A stretch of 56,050 nt of DNA from Gonapodya sp. JEL0774 (lineage: Eukaryota), in contig JADIIX010000032.1 of NCBI GenBank assembly GCA_027604505.1, positions 124,001-180,050 on the forward strand, read 5' to 3'. The notes beneath the pieces are model-generated. The model saw only the letters and a program-made list of their open reading frames with translations, did not search any database and was not told the DNA's origin. Each line of letters opens with the position of its first letter. Position 1 is the stretch's first letter. Shown here piece by piece: positions 22,367-36,100 of the stretch. The position numbers were made by a program, and so were the translations under genes.

Positions 22367-24513
22367 TCACTTGGCCTTGCACAACCTCCCATCGTTCCTT
22401 ACCGTCCAACCCTCACTCCCAACGGCCTTGACGTTGTAAAACACTCCCGTAGGGTCTCTGGCCTTCTTGATCTCCAAAAGTTTATCGTAATTCCCACCGT
22501 AAAACACCTTCTGGAACCCAGGTTGCTGCCAATCTCCTTCGTTGGTGTACGTCCCCGACCCGGGCGAAATGGATGTCAGGAGTGGGATGATGGTGTCCGT
22601 CATGGCAGATTGGAGCTTGAGGTTTCCTGCCCACCCAGCTGGTGACTCGTCAAACGGTGTTGCCACGACGGTATGGACAAGGGCCGTGCGCCAGGCAGGG
22701 TTTGCGGCATTGACGGTGGCACCACCGAACCGCGACACGTTGAGTGAGATGCCGATGTAGATCGTGCCTGGGAAGTCGGTCACGATCTTGTTGGCCACGG
22801 CGTTGACAGCAGACACATTGTTCAAAAACACCGATCGGGGGATCATTCGACTTCCGTACTGGCTGGTAGAGACCTGGGACAGCGCTCCGTATGGGTAGGG
22901 TCCGAAGTGGTCGAAGTAGTGGTCGAAGTAGCTGGCAGATTCGGTCGTTTCGTCGGCAAGGAGGGTCACGTTGAGTGTGGTGAGGGCGGCACGGAACGGC
23001 GTCAGCATCGTGGTGACCTCAGCCTTGGTCTTGTTGTACGCGGTCAGAGCGGCGATTTGGAAGAACTACATGCAAAAGGCAACGATACACGTGGTGAGCT
23101 GATATCCTCTTTCAAAAAATCATCCAGAATGAATGAAGGAAACCCTCACAACAACCTACCGCAGCGGAGTAATAGTACACTACCATGGCGCCGGAATCGA
23201 CGATGGCAGGCAGAGCGGAGTGGAAGGCTTCCACGGCCTTTGTGAAGTTGGCTTGCGTTGGGCCGTTGAAGAACACGATCTTTGCTCCGCCAACACGCGC
23301 GTCGGGGAAGGCTTTGACGGTCACGGAAAGCACCACGGCGTAGGTGCCGCCTCCGCCGCCTGTGAACGAGCCAAAAAGTGGGACCTTTTCGTGGTAATGG
23401 GATACTGGACGACACCGCGATGAGGAAGCTTACCAGACAGTGCCCAGTACAGATCACGGTTGATGTACTTGTTTGCGACGATGTACTCCCCGTCGGCGGT
23501 GATGGCTTCCCACTCGAGAACGTTGTCGGCTGCGAGACCGAAGCTGGTGGACAGAGCAGAGTGACCACCGCCTTGTGTGTATCCTTCAGTGAATGAGAGA
23601 ACGTAAGTGAGATATCTCGATCCCGGCCCCCCAAAAGAAGTAAAAGCCTAGTCACAAGCACGTTTTGATGTACATACCTCCAGCAATCCCAACGGTAGGA
23701 CACTCGCCGCCAATCACAACGAGACCTTTCTCCTTCGCGGCCGCGAGCGCCTCGTACCCTTGCACGCCCGCACCGAGCTTGACAGCGGGCCCCTTGTATG
23801 TTCCATCATCGAACTTGGTCTTGACCTCGATGTTCTTGATATGGTGCGTCCAGATCGCGAGGGCACCAGCCCCCGTCGATCTCCCAAGATAGTCGTGGCC
23901 TGTGTTGCGGATGACCAGGCGGATTTGGTACTTGCGGGCGAACAGGATGGTTGCGCGGATCTCGTCGGCACAGGAGGCGTTCACGGCGTACACAACGTAA
24001 TTGCCAAGGGTACATTGGGTGGTGCGCGGGTAGAAGGGGTCGCAGCTTTGGTTGGCGAAGAAGGGGGCCATGATCGAGGAGGAGCTCTGGAAGCTGGGGT
24101 GGGGTGGCGTTATGGATAGGGTTGTATTCAATTTATGCGATGATGATCCAATAATCGAAACGAATTCAAATGAATAATCGCAACGTTGCTCGTCAAGCCA
24201 GTGCTCACTGTGTAGGAGGGAACTGCCAGTTCTCCTTGAGTGCGCTGCACGTTGCATTGTTGAAGAGCGGGTCGTGGCACACAGCACCGAGGGGAACAGT
24301 TGCAATGAGTCTGCCGTTCAGGGTGCGGTTAAAGGTCTTCCACACATCGGCGCTGGGCCAGCATGAATCTCCAGGGAAGCACCGACAGGTGGAAGTCGGG
24401 ATCGTCGTGGCCGCCTCAACTGTTGGCTCTGAAGCGGGCAAGGCGAGAACAGTGCCGACCAAGAGGACGAAACAAGCGATGCACCCGATCACTGAAGTTG
24501 ATCGATAGAGCAT
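22367..24513 (-). CDS. Secreted FAD-dependent oxidoreductase, berberine-bridge-enzyme-like (FAD_binding_4 + BBE domain)
   Basis: Signal peptide. Motifs CRCFPGDSCWPS, RNTGHDYLGRS (FAD-linking His), GGECPTVGIAGG, YTNEGD, FYGGNYDKLLEIKKARDPTGVFY. Confidence 0.93.
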
Positions 24514-25479
24514 CTTTCTAATCTCCGTTTTTGTAAACTGTAATGAATTGTTTCCCGGGCTGACTGTGGTTTTGGATTCCTGAAATTAATCGGAAAAAAG
24601 CTGTGTCCCAAGGTCTCAGCTGGGGGCAGGCGCCACACCCGACCCCACAAGTAAGGCCTCAGCCGTCACAGGGGAGCCTTCAAAGCAATTCACTGTGCTT
24701 TGTTTCGATCTGCCTTCTTCCGTTTGCTCGACGTCTCCCAGTGGACGCACGCCGGGCGGCCGTGACTAGAATGTTATGGGCGCTGTTTAGCTTCACAGGA
24801 CGCCGAAGGGCCACGTGGACACATGAGCTTCTCATCACATATGGCTCGCAAATCATCATATTTCTACGTGTCTTCTCATTTGCACGAAGCACGGCGATAG
24901 TTGAATGAAGGCCGAAGGAGTACCTCTGTTATGAGGAGTGCAGCAGTCATATGTATCTTCTTGACACATTATTATTTACATATATTCATGAATGTACATG
25001 TAGATCACCACCTACCTATCACCACCGAAGGAAGGCTAAAACTTGATCATAAGCGTGTTATGTTGATGAATTATTACAAAGCGGAGAGTTTGACTGACCC
25101 AAAAGAATGTCCGTGCGATGATATGCAACTGATGAAACAGAACGCGAAAGTAGACGCATTCCAATGCAGCAAGCCGAGTACTTGGTCGAATATAAAGTGT
25201 GTCCAGACAAGGGGGGGCCGCATGTGGATTAGGGTGTTGGTGGAATGGTCTCACCTGAGTTATCTCTGTCGGTAAAAAACGTGAAGACAAATGTAGTAGA
25301 GGGAGAAGCACTCGGTCAGTAAAGGTGGAATCCAATGAGTAACTGTGACGAGTTTAAGCGGCGTGAATTTTCAAGTGATGCATTGCATGGATATCATGTA
25401 TGTCCATTTACCAAAACTTGAACCCGACAACCAAAGAAACCAAAGAAACACGCCTCCAGGCCTTTCACAGTCAACTCCC

Positions 25480-26890
25480 ACGCATGAATGCCCATCCCTT
25501 CTCAATGTGGAGCTGAGGGATGACGGGGATGCGGCTGGGGAGCTGTATATCGGTCCCTCTGCGGCGATTAGGCGGGTGATGATGTTTCGCCGGTGGAAGA
25601 GGATGCAAACTGGTGGGAACGGTGGCTTGGATGGGGGATCGTGTCCCGTTTAGGGAATGATGGTTGCGGGAAAGGTCACCGTGCTTGTCGGACGGGAGTT
25701 TTGCGAGAATGGCCACGGCGAGGAGGCGGTGGGTTTGCACAACTCCAGTCAAGTCGGATTGCTACCGTATTGGATGGCTACATTGGGTGGACAGATGCGC
25801 CTGAGGGAGGACCCGGACCCGGACTCAGAAACCGCAGACAAAGACACAGAGACAACAATCATCCCCGCCGCTTCTGCCCGCGTGCAAGCCCTCCGGTTCC
25901 ATCCACTTGTCTCGCAAAATTCCGCCAACGTACACTTGTTTGCAAGTGTGCCGAACCTGACTCGGTTTGTCCAATCCGCGCACCCGGTAGCTCTCTCACT
26001 CTTTCGGTCATGCCCTCCGTCGGGCACTTCTTCGTCGTGCGCCAACCTATCCTACCGGCCCTTCCCGACTTGCCCTCGGTCACATCCCTCCATATCTCGC
26101 CGCACACCTCGGAGAGCGATCCCTGCAGGGACCCCGAACTCCATACCACAATTGATATCTTTGCCGTGCTTCACCGACTCCCAAAAGTCGCCTCTCTCCA
26201 CCTCCCTCCACCTTAACCACGTGCAACTGGACCGCGAGCTCGTTGACCCCCTTATAGGCGACCTTGTGCCGATGAGCTCCGTACCAACATGCCTTGCCTC
26301 TCTCTCATCCTTTACCGCGTTCCCCTTCGTCCGCGAGGACGAACTTCGCGTTTACCTCTTCCTTGCCAGACTCGTGCCCCGACTGACTGTCCTGGGACCT
26401 TTGCCCGTGACACTCGTGTTGGCTTGCACGTTGGAACTGACCATTCTGGATACACAGTACGGGAGGCGTCATGTGAGGGAGGTGGGGCTCTGCGTGACTC
26501 TGTTGAACGCGATTACCCCCACCGTCATGCGAAATGAGGTAGTGGCTGTGAGGTGGGCAATGGAAGTGTTTGCACCCAGCGTGCACAGAGTGAAGTACGT
26601 TTACGGAACGGTTCCACTTTGATCCAGATAGGACCTTGCCAGAGCATCTGATGGATGAGATGGCGGGCGTGTGGGTGACCTTTCTAGTACGGGGGATCTG
26701 CGGTCCAGTCGTGGAGAAGGAAGTGGCCTGGGAGGTGAAACTGGAGTACTAACAGCCTGATCCTCAAAGCGTGTTCCATGGTGCGCCAATGCTGTCGGTA
26801 CAGCTTGCAGAGATACTGAAATCGAGGGTGACGGTTGCTGGTGGGACGTGTGTAAGGAGGGTGTGGGCTGGTGGGACGTGTGTAAACAGG
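25480..26890 (+). pseudogene. Decayed paralog of the adjacent F-box gene
   Basis: FRRWKRMQTGGNGGLDG, LRFHPLV, LPSVTSLHISPH and PTCLASLSSFT align with 27754-29277. In-frame TAG at 25651-25653, homology switches frame twice (~26050, ~26205), and the F-box N-terminus is missing. Confidence 0.8.
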
Positions 26891-26896
26891 GTGTGA
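26837..26896. repeat. 30-bp tandem duplication
   Basis: GCTGGTGGGACGTGTGTAAGGAGGGTGTGG followed by GCTGGTGGGACGTGTGTAAACAGGGTGTGA. Confidence 0.85.
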
Positions 26897-27373
26897 AAGT
26901 GGGATTTCGGCTGTCTTTAGGTGGATCATGGAATCGTTGAATCTTATTTCGTTTCCATGATTTATGTACAAGGATAATGTTAGTACTTTCCTGACTCTCA
27001 GGTATGCAATGTGACGGCAATACAAAAGCCAAAACAATTCCGTCAAAACAACCATTTCGGTATTGCACCGATACTTTAAAGTTGAAGTGTGATAGGGAAA
27101 TCAAAGCATCGGAAACCTGGGGGAGGGTGGGGGATGCCGATCATCTAGTTTGGTTTGGCAGACGTTTCGGTTTGCAGAATCGGAGGACCCGATGCGGTGC
27201 AACGTGAAACTTTCGCCGGGGCCTCCACAAAGTCCATGGTCCAGGTGAACGCGACAGTCAAACCAGCCTACCAATCATCAACCCCTCTTGTGATCGGGGC
27301 AGGTTGGGTGGGTTACTTCGACATTACATCAACATCAAATCACCCTAACTGAGTTAAAAATTGTCCTAACAAG

Positions 27374-27477
27374 GTTAGGCAAATCTGAAGAGACGTTAGG
27401 GGAATCTGAAGTCACGTTAGGGGAATCTGAAGTCACGTTAGGGTAATCTGGAGAGATGTTAGGAAATCTGAGGTCAC
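27374..27477. repeat. Minisatellite, 5 x ~21 bp (GTTAGGGGAATCTGAAGTCAC)
   Basis: Units start at 27374, 27395, 27416, 27437 and 27458. Units 2 and 3 are identical. Confidence 0.9.
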
Positions 27478-27753
27478 GGAATTGCCCAGTTCATCGGTGT
27501 TGTTTCCCTTCCCATGCCCCACCCTTCCACCACCAGTACACCCAAAGCGCTGAGAAGTCACAAAGTGGCGCCAATATTAGTTGAACTGTGCGGTGGCTGA
27601 CGTGGTTAGTACATGCTTTGGCGGGAACTGGGAGTCGTCCATTAAACTCTCCCCAACTGTGAAGTCACACCAAAAAAAGTCACAAAAGTCACACGCACGC
27701 GTCCCTCCTTGCTTTCCAACCGTCAATCCAACCGTCAAGTCCAGTCGCTGCCC

Positions 27754-29277
27754 ATGGTACCCGCCTCCCTTCTTAACCTTCCCCTCGAACTGCTCAACTC
27801 CATCCTCGTTCGCACCGACCCCCGCACTGTCTTTAAGACACTCCGCCGAACTTGCACGTCACTGGCGGATCTCACATGGCTTGGGGCGTGTGGACGAGTG
27901 CCCGTCGAGGTGGAGGTGGAGGTGAGGGATGAGCAGGAGTTTTATTGCAGGAAGAGTGAATTGGATCCAGGGGCGATCGTTGCGGGCGTTAAAATTTTTG
28001 GCCGGTGGAAAAGAAAACATAGCGGAACTGGTGGTGGATTGGGCGGGGCATGGAGCTCGAAGGAGTTTGTGGTAGGAGCAAAGATGTCGGTGGTGGTAGG
28101 ACGCGCATTTTTCGCGAACGAGACGGACGGGTCGAAACCGGTTGTGCAGGGAAATTCCCAAGTATCAGAACCCTGGATGGCCGCACTGGGTCGGGAAATG
28201 CGGCGAACGCTGTGCACAGACACTGGCAACTCAGTTCCTGAACGACGCCTCTCGTTCCACCCGATGGTGACCCGCGTGGTTACAGGCGCGCACTACTTTT
28301 CATCGTTGCCGAACCTTAAGTACTTCACCGTGGCCGCTGACCCACGAGAGCTCGTACTTTCTGTGGCGCGCCCTTCCCGATCGACTTCTCGCACCATCCC
28401 TACCCTGCCCTCCGTCACATCCCTCCGCATACTCCCTCATATTTCAACCGCGACCGAGTCATTCATCTATGTTGACCTTTTTCCCTACCTGGAGAACCTC
28501 CCCTCACTTACCTCTGTCGACCTTGTTCACACACATCTTAACAAGGACATCGTCACGTGTCTCGCCGGCAACCCCAACCCCGCGTCCCCTTTACCAACTT
28601 GCCTCTCTTCCATCACATCCTTCACCGTTTCCCCGGTCATCCACCGCGACCAAGTCATTCCATATCTGAACCTCGCAACATTTCTACCTCGATTGCGAAC
28701 CATTGGATCCTTACCCGTTTCCCCATGGAGTAGGCAGATGCTCGAGGAACTTGCGGCCACAGAGAGCTCAGAGTTGCGGGCTGTTCTGCGGGGAGTGAAG
28801 GAGATGACGTTTTTCATGACTCGGTGGCATTTCGAACAGTCAGTGATGCAGAACTCTGTGATGGGGATGAAACAGGGTTTAAAGGTGGTTCTTCCTGGGT
28901 TAGAACGGATGAGGATCGTGCTTTCCGCGTCTTCGCATGGTGGATGGGGAAGGGACGCGGGTGCGAGCAGCGACAGTTTACGGTTGGAGGGGGTAGTGGA
29001 CGCTTTGGCACCTTTGGTGGTGCGGAGTGGGAGAGAGTTGGTGGTAGGAAGTGGTCACGGCACCGACCACGATACCGAGAACTCTGTGACAGAGATGGAG
29101 CCAGGCAGGAGTGAAGTGTGCGCGGACAGCAGCTGGACAGTCATTCTCGCAAGTTACGACGAGGATACGAACCCAGAGTTTCGAAGTGCACCCATCAAGT
29201 TGGTTCGCCTGGCGAAGATGTTGGAAGAAAGAGTGGTGGAGTCCGGTGGCATGTGTGTGAACGAGGTGTTGGAGTAG
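27754..29277 (+). CDS. Intronless F-box domain protein with degenerate LRR-like region
   Basis: N-terminal LLNLPLELLNSILVRTDPRTVFKTLRRTCTSL (F-box pattern), plus LPSVTSLRI / LPSLTSVDL / LPRLRTI repeats. Confidence 0.75.
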   Translation: MVPASLLNLPLELLNSILVRTDPRTVFKTLRRTCTSLADLTWLGACGRVPVEVEVEVRDEQEFYCRKSELDPGAIVAGVKIFGRWKRKHSGTGGGLGGAWSSKEFVVGAKMSVVVGRAFFANETDGSKPVVQGNSQVSEPWMAALGREMRRTLCTDTGNSVPERRLSFHPMVTRVVTGAHYFSSLPNLKYFTVAADPRELVLSVARPSRSTSRTIPTLPSVTSLRILPHISTATESFIYVDLFPYLENLPSLTSVDLVHTHLNKDIVTCLAGNPNPASPLPTCLSSITSFTVSPVIHRDQVIPYLNLATFLPRLRTIGSLPVSPWSRQMLEELAATESSELRAVLRGVKEMTFFMTRWHFEQSVMQNSVMGMKQGLKVVLPGLERMRIVLSASSHGGWGRDAGASSDSLRLEGVVDALAPLVVRSGRELVVGSGHGTDHDTENSVTEMEPGRSEVCADSSWTVILASYDEDTNPEFRSAPIKLVRLAKMLEERVVESGGMCVNEVLE

Positions 29278-30155
29278 ATGTGGGGCGTCGATGGAGAGAG
29301 GGGTCAGGGTTTGAGAGTTGAGTGAGAGTAGGGAGCGACAAAGAAAACAGGATCCACGAAAGTTTGTTCCATTTTCTATGCGTGAGTGTTTTGTGTTTTG
29401 GAAGGGTTGAGACAGACGAATGGGTGGAAGGAAGAGGAGGAAGGGTCTGAACACGATCGAACTCCAGTGTACACAACGAGATGACGACAGTGGCACAGAA
29501 AAGGGAAGCATGTTCGGCAGATCGGATGAAGTGGCGGTCAATCACAGGGACAGTCGGCATTCGGCTGGTGTCACACACAAAGTCAGGCTAGTGCGATGTG
29601 AGAACAGACAGTCATTGTGACACGATGAGAAAGAGCTCGTTTCTTTCGTGGAACCCTGTGGCAGAGAACGAAATGGTGAAGTAAGTTATAGGTTCAATCC
29701 AATTGTTAGTTCATCGTTATTGTCCACTGCGAGAAGGTTTGATCTCCGAATGGGAAGTTCTCCAGTGCAATGGCCTCGCAGTGAGAACGGAGGTGGAGGT
29801 ACTTTTCCCAAAGCTGCAGATTCAATACTCCTCAGTCACCCTAAAACTGACAAGCTTGCAGCCAAATAAATGTGCACAGCCAAGTAAGGAGGCTTTATCT
29901 GCGAAGCGCGCATTCGGGAAAACATACTCGAGGCCCGCACAAAAAAGAAGAATACGAGCGTTCGAGAAAACAAAAGAAGAAAGAAATGGGAAACCCCAAT
30001 ATTGATATTGTATTTTGGTGGCAACAGATATACCATATTTCTTGGGTGTGATGACGGTGCTCGAGAGTGACGCATTCTCGTTTGGCTCCGATTCGGGTTC
30101 CACGTTCGATCCCTCGCACCCACACACGCAGAAGACAGGCAGCAACCGCGGAACG

Positions 30156-32511
30156 ATGGCGTCATCACTACATTCTCTGCGTTCAATCACCCGAGTGGCC
30201 GCACGCACAGTCAGTGTCTCCCACTGCTTCTTCTCCTGCGTCGTGATATCTCAACCTCTGTTCGCCCAACACATTCCCTTCAAATGCATCTTCGCTTTTC
30301 TTCTCATTACTTCGCTCACTCTGACATCATTGCTATTTTCTGATTCTCCTTCCCATTTGGCCCACGTGTCCCCGTGTCCCCGTGTCCTGGTGGTGTCATC
30401 CCCCCCCTCCCTCGGACCCCAACACCCACCACCTCCACCACATAGAGCGTCTCCCCTGTCTTCTCCATCCGCTGCTACGCTTCCACATCCTCCGCCTCAA
30501 CCCTTGTCATCGTCGAACACAAAAACGGGAAACTGCTTCCTTCCTCTCTCAACACCATCGCTGCTGCCAAAGCCATCAACCCCTCCAGCGTCTCTTGCCT
30601 CGTCGCAGGTGAAAACCCAGACGCGATTGCGCAGCAGGTCGCACAGGTCAATGGTGTCGACCGTGTGCTCGTTGCAAAGAGCAAGGACTATGAACACGGT
30701 CTGCCAGAAAATTTGGCTCCTCTTATTGTCCAGACCACAAAAGACGGAGGTTTCACGCACGTCCTCGCGCCACACTCTCCGTTTGGGAAAAACGTCGCAC
30801 CCCGAGCTGCGGCTCTGTTGGATGTCGCCCAGGTCTCGGATATCACCAAGGTAGTCTCAGAGGATACCTTTGTCAGGCCCATTTATGCAGGTGAGAGTTA
30901 CAACGAACCCATAGGCGAGCGTCTCCGAGCAAGCAACGGATTCTAGCGAGGGTCAGGGGGCATTCAAAAAGAGGGAGCCACCAAGCATGGAAGCAAAGTG
31001 CAACTCATTCAAACCGGAAACCCTTTCTGTATGTCGTCTTGTATTCTGGCCCTTCACCAAACTCATATCCGCTCGTCCACCACCCACCACACCACTATCC
31101 CCGTCCGATGGACTATCACACTCTCAGGCAACGCCCTCGCCACTGTACGATCTCACGACCCTATCAAGGTGATTACGGTCCGAGGCACAGCGTTCCCGCC
31201 CGCAGCAACGGGTGAGGGCAAGGGGAAGGTTGAGGAGGTCAAATTCACTGGGATTGAAGGTGGGTTGTTGCGACGAGGGCGGCACAGGTATGGAGGGTAG
31301 ATGGTTGCAAATGGACTCTGTAAGGACAGTGCCGGGGTCAGGATATCGATGACGCGACAAAATCGTGGAGGTTCGAGATGTGTCGCGGTGCGAGAGTGCA
31401 TGCACGATGGGAATCTCGATTGGGACCCCCTTCAAACCCATGACAGGCCCCTAGTGCTCACTCTCTCCACCTCTCCACACTCACTCCCCATCATCCCTCG
31501 TTCCGTCCCACCCAGGTCCCACTGAATGGGTCTCGGACGAAATCGTGGCCTCGGACAGACCCGAGCTCGGTGCGGCCAAGATCGTCGTCGGAGGTGGGCG
31601 AGGCATGAAGAGCAAGGAGAACTTTGACATTCTGTACGCTTTGGCGGATAAGGTGGGCGGCGCAGGTGAGTAGTGGTAGAGTGAGAAAAGGTTTCACGTT
31701 GGACGGAACAGTGGAACAGTAAAGCACTGCAGGGCAAGGAGGGACTGCGATAGTCGGAACAGTTGCTCATATGTGGACCCTGAAGTGCGATGACTCTTGG
31801 TGATTCAAGGACTAGAAGGGGAGAGAAGGGCATGAGCATGGGCTTAGAGACTGGGCAAAGTTCGGGGAACGGAAGGGAGTGATGCGGATGTGGGAATGGA
31901 TAAGCGGAGCAAACCACAAGCGCAGAAGTCGTATATGTGCGGGATGTGGAGGTGGTGAATAGCAACAGAGGGAGAAAGCTCCACTACGTGTCATATTTAG
32001 CCAGCACACGGACTCGCTGTGCTTAAAACCTGCTCCTTGTCACTTTTACCCAACCCAACTCTCCAAGTTGGTGCCTCCCGTGCCGCCGTTGACGCCGGCT
32101 TTGCCGCCAACGACCTCCAAATCGGGCAAACCGGCAAAATCGTGGCTCCAGACCTGTACATTGCCGTCGGCATTTCGGGCGCGATTCAGCATTTGGCGGG
32201 CATGAAAGACTCCAAGACCATCGTCGCGATAAACAAGGATGCAGAGGCGCCCATTTTCCAGGTGGCGGATTACGGGGTGGTGGGAGATTTGTTCGAGGTG
32301 GTGCCAGGTGGGTTTTTTCGGTGGGAACCGGTTCGACTGTCCGACCGACTTTGTAATTTCCAAATTTTGGCTCTCTAACTGTCTCTTTCTCCTCCTCCTC
32401 TCCGTCACACCTTCCTCGTCTGTGTATATTGCACTACACCCCGCCCCGCCATTGCACCTGGTCCACACCGGAAACGAACCCCCCATCACAGAGCTCACCA
32501 AGAAGATTTGA
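30156..32511 (+). CDS. ETFA: Electron transfer flavoprotein subunit alpha, mitochondrial (multi-exon)
   Basis: Motifs [97 protein letters not shown]. Confidence 0.97.
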
Positions 32512-33197
32512 AAAATGGATGTCCTCTGGGCTCCTGACCGCGTTGCGTTCTCTGGAGTGCCCAAGTACCTGCACCCGCCTCAATGTCCGTTTCCGAGTTT
32601 TCGAAGGTCTGACTTCTTGCGATACTCGTGATGACATCTGTTCGAAGTGTGGTGTGAAATGCCAGGTTACTTGCAGGATAACCACATAGATTAGATGGTT
32701 GGACCTTGTGAATACACAACGCGATCACGGGACCCCTTTTCTTTTTCGAAATTGTCGTGATATTGTGGTTCGTGAAAGAAACGCCATGTTCTCAGCAATG
32801 TCCTCTTGCTGCTTTGTGTGATCCGGGTAGAACTGGTGAGTTCTGACTTCTAGGACGCACTTGCGAACGGCGAGCGAATAACTTCTGACATGTCCATGAG
32901 TGATTTGGCGCAATCGAGTTCCCGTTTAAGAACGCCCAGCCACAGATGCATGCATTTTCAAAGTAGTTGCTACATCGTCCTCCACTACGGCCGTGTTCAT
33001 CCGTTGCAAACATTTGTGGGATAGACATCATACACGTTAGATAGCGTGCAAATATTTGACATTCAGTAGAATACACAGAATGTATACGAGTGGTGGGTAT
33101 TCGAGACATACGTGCAAAAGGGAATATTCTCAATTCTGCTGGCGGTGCATCATCACTCTCACAAATCAACAAATCCCTCCGCTCAACGAAAGCATGA

Positions 33198-36100
33198 TCA
33201 GATGTTCCATTCCGAGCCATATGATGATTCGTTTGAGTCAAGGCCCTCACCACCATTGGCGTGGTCGATGAAAAGCCAATTGTTGTCCAGGTCGTGGTCC
33301 AATTGCAAGCCCGCAGCAAGCTGACGTGGAGGCACCACTTTTGATCCGGCGTGTGAGGGATTACGGAGATTAGGGAGCCCGTACAACGAGCTTGCAGAAT
33401 CATTGCCAGTTAACTCTGTGTTCGGGCCTGTTCCTCCCCTAGTATCACCTGGGAGTGGGGGTGCGTTGGCCAGCATTGCCACCAAGTTCATCTGAGTCGA
33501 GTTCGGAGCTTGTGAGCGCGAAGAATTCGATGATCCGGTACCGTTGGTCCAAATACTGGAAGCCGAGGTGAGTCCGAGACCTGGGATAGTGCCGTCCTGC
33601 TGATCGTAATGGTCGCCCATAGTTGGTTGGAAGCCGGACTGGTTTCCTCGAAAATCGGTGAAGTCGGAAGCATTCGCGGCCATTAAAACAGACAGAATAT
33701 CTTCTTCACTAAAATCTGGTACTGCGTTGACACTTGTTGGCTGTCGTGGAAGCGCCGTAGAACGGTTCAAAATGGTTCCACCGTGCGAAACAGGTGAGGA
33801 AAGAAGGGCAGGGCCAGAGATAATTGAGCTTAGCGGCCACTGCGCGGGCGTCGAAGAGACGCCCGGACTAGTTGTTGTTTCTTGAAATTGCTGCAAGAAG
33901 CTCATCAGGGCATCGCTCCCAAAATCGTCAACAAAGGCTGGTTGATTGGAATTTGATGACGGAAATGCGGTGGTCAACAGCGAATCAAGTGTGGGCAGAG
34001 GTAGTGGTACCGTAGCCGTTCTTGGCGAGGGAAAGGATGCAACATTCGCATTCGGAACGTAAATCGTCGCCAGAGGAGAAGTGGTAGTGGGGTACCCCAG
34101 ATGTGGCACATTGGGTCGAGACAGAGAGGAGTTCGCCGGAACTCTATTAGCGGTAGATATTACCGAGCGTCCCAGAGTTCCAGTTTGCGGCGCTATTGAC
34201 TCCATCGGGTGTTGTGTAGTTGTTTGTCCAGGCGTGGGGGTGTTTACTCCAAGGGGATAATCTCTCGCAATCAGTGCATCAACCAGCACTGCCAATCCGG
34301 CAGGGTCTCCTTGAGAGAAGGGCGATGCCCGCGATGCTTCTGTTGATGCACTCGAGGATTCATGAGACCCTGATGGCGCGGGAGTGGGTAACCCGATGGA
34401 GAAAACTGCGTCACCAATTTGTCCATTCGAGTTAGGTCGGCTGGTCGCGAGCGGGGGAACTGCCGGTGGGTTGCTGGGCCGTGACTCAGGCCGGTTTCGT
34501 TCTTCGTCGCTATCGCTATCAAGCGTAAGATCTATCACGTTGGCATCACGGCGGGGTCGAGGAACTGGACAGCGCAAGGAATTAAATCAGTGTTCGCAGA
34601 GACGTACATGCGGACGTACAGAGAATGAAACTGAAGTCTGAACTCACTCTCCCGACCTCTCGACTGGCTCGCTGGTTCCGCTGCCCCTTCACGACCATGC
34701 CCAGCAGGATGTACGTCATCCTCATCGCTATCTAGGTTGACAACTTCCACCCCATCAAACCTTCGAGACCCACCCAACCCGACGTCATCATCATCACTAA
34801 TGAGGTCCATCATCTCCTGTTCGGGTACTTTCCATTCAAGTGTACTCGGATCCACCTCTACCTGCTCAACCTGATCTCCGCTCACCCTCCCGTTTACCCC
34901 TTCCAGTACCTCAGCAAACCACCCGTCGATTATAAGCGTTCGGGGATCGAAGGGCCGATGGCATATTGGACAAGTCCAGTTTGGGGACCGTTCATTCATA
35001 GTAAGGAACGTCTCGCCGTCAAAACACTGAAGGTGCCGACAAGTCGAAGCCCTCATAGGCACAGTGATGCGAGTTTTTGAAACTGGATCTTTGAGAGTAA
35101 GAAGTTCAACTCCTTCTTCCAGTTCATCAGAGGAGCTTGTCTTCTTTAATCCTAAGATTGAACCAGTTGCACAAAGATGGCATTCCAAGATCACAAAACA
35201 GAAACTTGCACGAGGAAAAGATACGGCCAGTGAAAACTCACGTTCCCTCTTCACGTCCTCCGAACGTTTCGTGGACCCATTTTTGATCCTCTGAACTGCC
35301 TGTTGCACAGTCAACTTCTTGGCGACACACACGCATGCAACATACGACTTCGCCGAGTTCTGATAGCGAAACTCGATGGTGTTTCCAGCACCCGGCCGTC
35401 GATGGCAAAAGTCCGTGATGTCCGCAGGATAAGCGGTGTAGGGTTTGTTTTTGAGCCCCGCGAACCGCTTCAAAAAAAGCCACACTGAATCGCCGAGGAC
35501 AGACTGTGATGGGGGACTTCACGTACCGGTTGAATTCCAGAGCTGTTCACATTCAAGTTCGGGTACGGGGGGTATTCAGTGGCTACGCCCTCCCCAAGAG
35601 CCTGTCCTGAGGCGGCTGTAGTCTCCGCGGTCATGCAAAAGAGCAGCCGATACGACTCAGAGGTTTGCGGCAATGTTGGATTGGGTGGTTGATGTCGGCT
35701 TAAAGTGGTCGAGTGAATGGAAGTGAGGGAGAACAGAATTCCGTGAGAGCACTAACTTACATCATCATCTTTCTAGATGTTTCGGCATCCAATGACCATG
35801 ACAGTTTCACCATAAACGAAGAAGAGTGTGCAATGGGAGACACTGGTTGAACATCGTCATAGTACGGCGACCAGGAAGGCTTCAAAGTCGTTATCGTGGG
35901 TCGGTTAGCAGAAGATGCAAGAGCTGCATTTATGGATGATACATCCAGAGTGGAAGGAGAAGACGCTTTGGAATAATCGTATCCTGGTTTCATTGTGCTT
36001 CTGGAACCGTTGGGAGGTAAGGTTCCAGATCCCGGTCCCCGCACATGCAAAGTAATACGTGGAGGTGTTTGTTCCGTATGATTTGGAGCAGGGATAGACG

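Noticed and set aside
27374..27477. CRISPR array or telomere
   Set aside because: Contiguous tandem units without unique spacers, no cas genes, a eukaryotic context, and not pure TTAGGG repeats.
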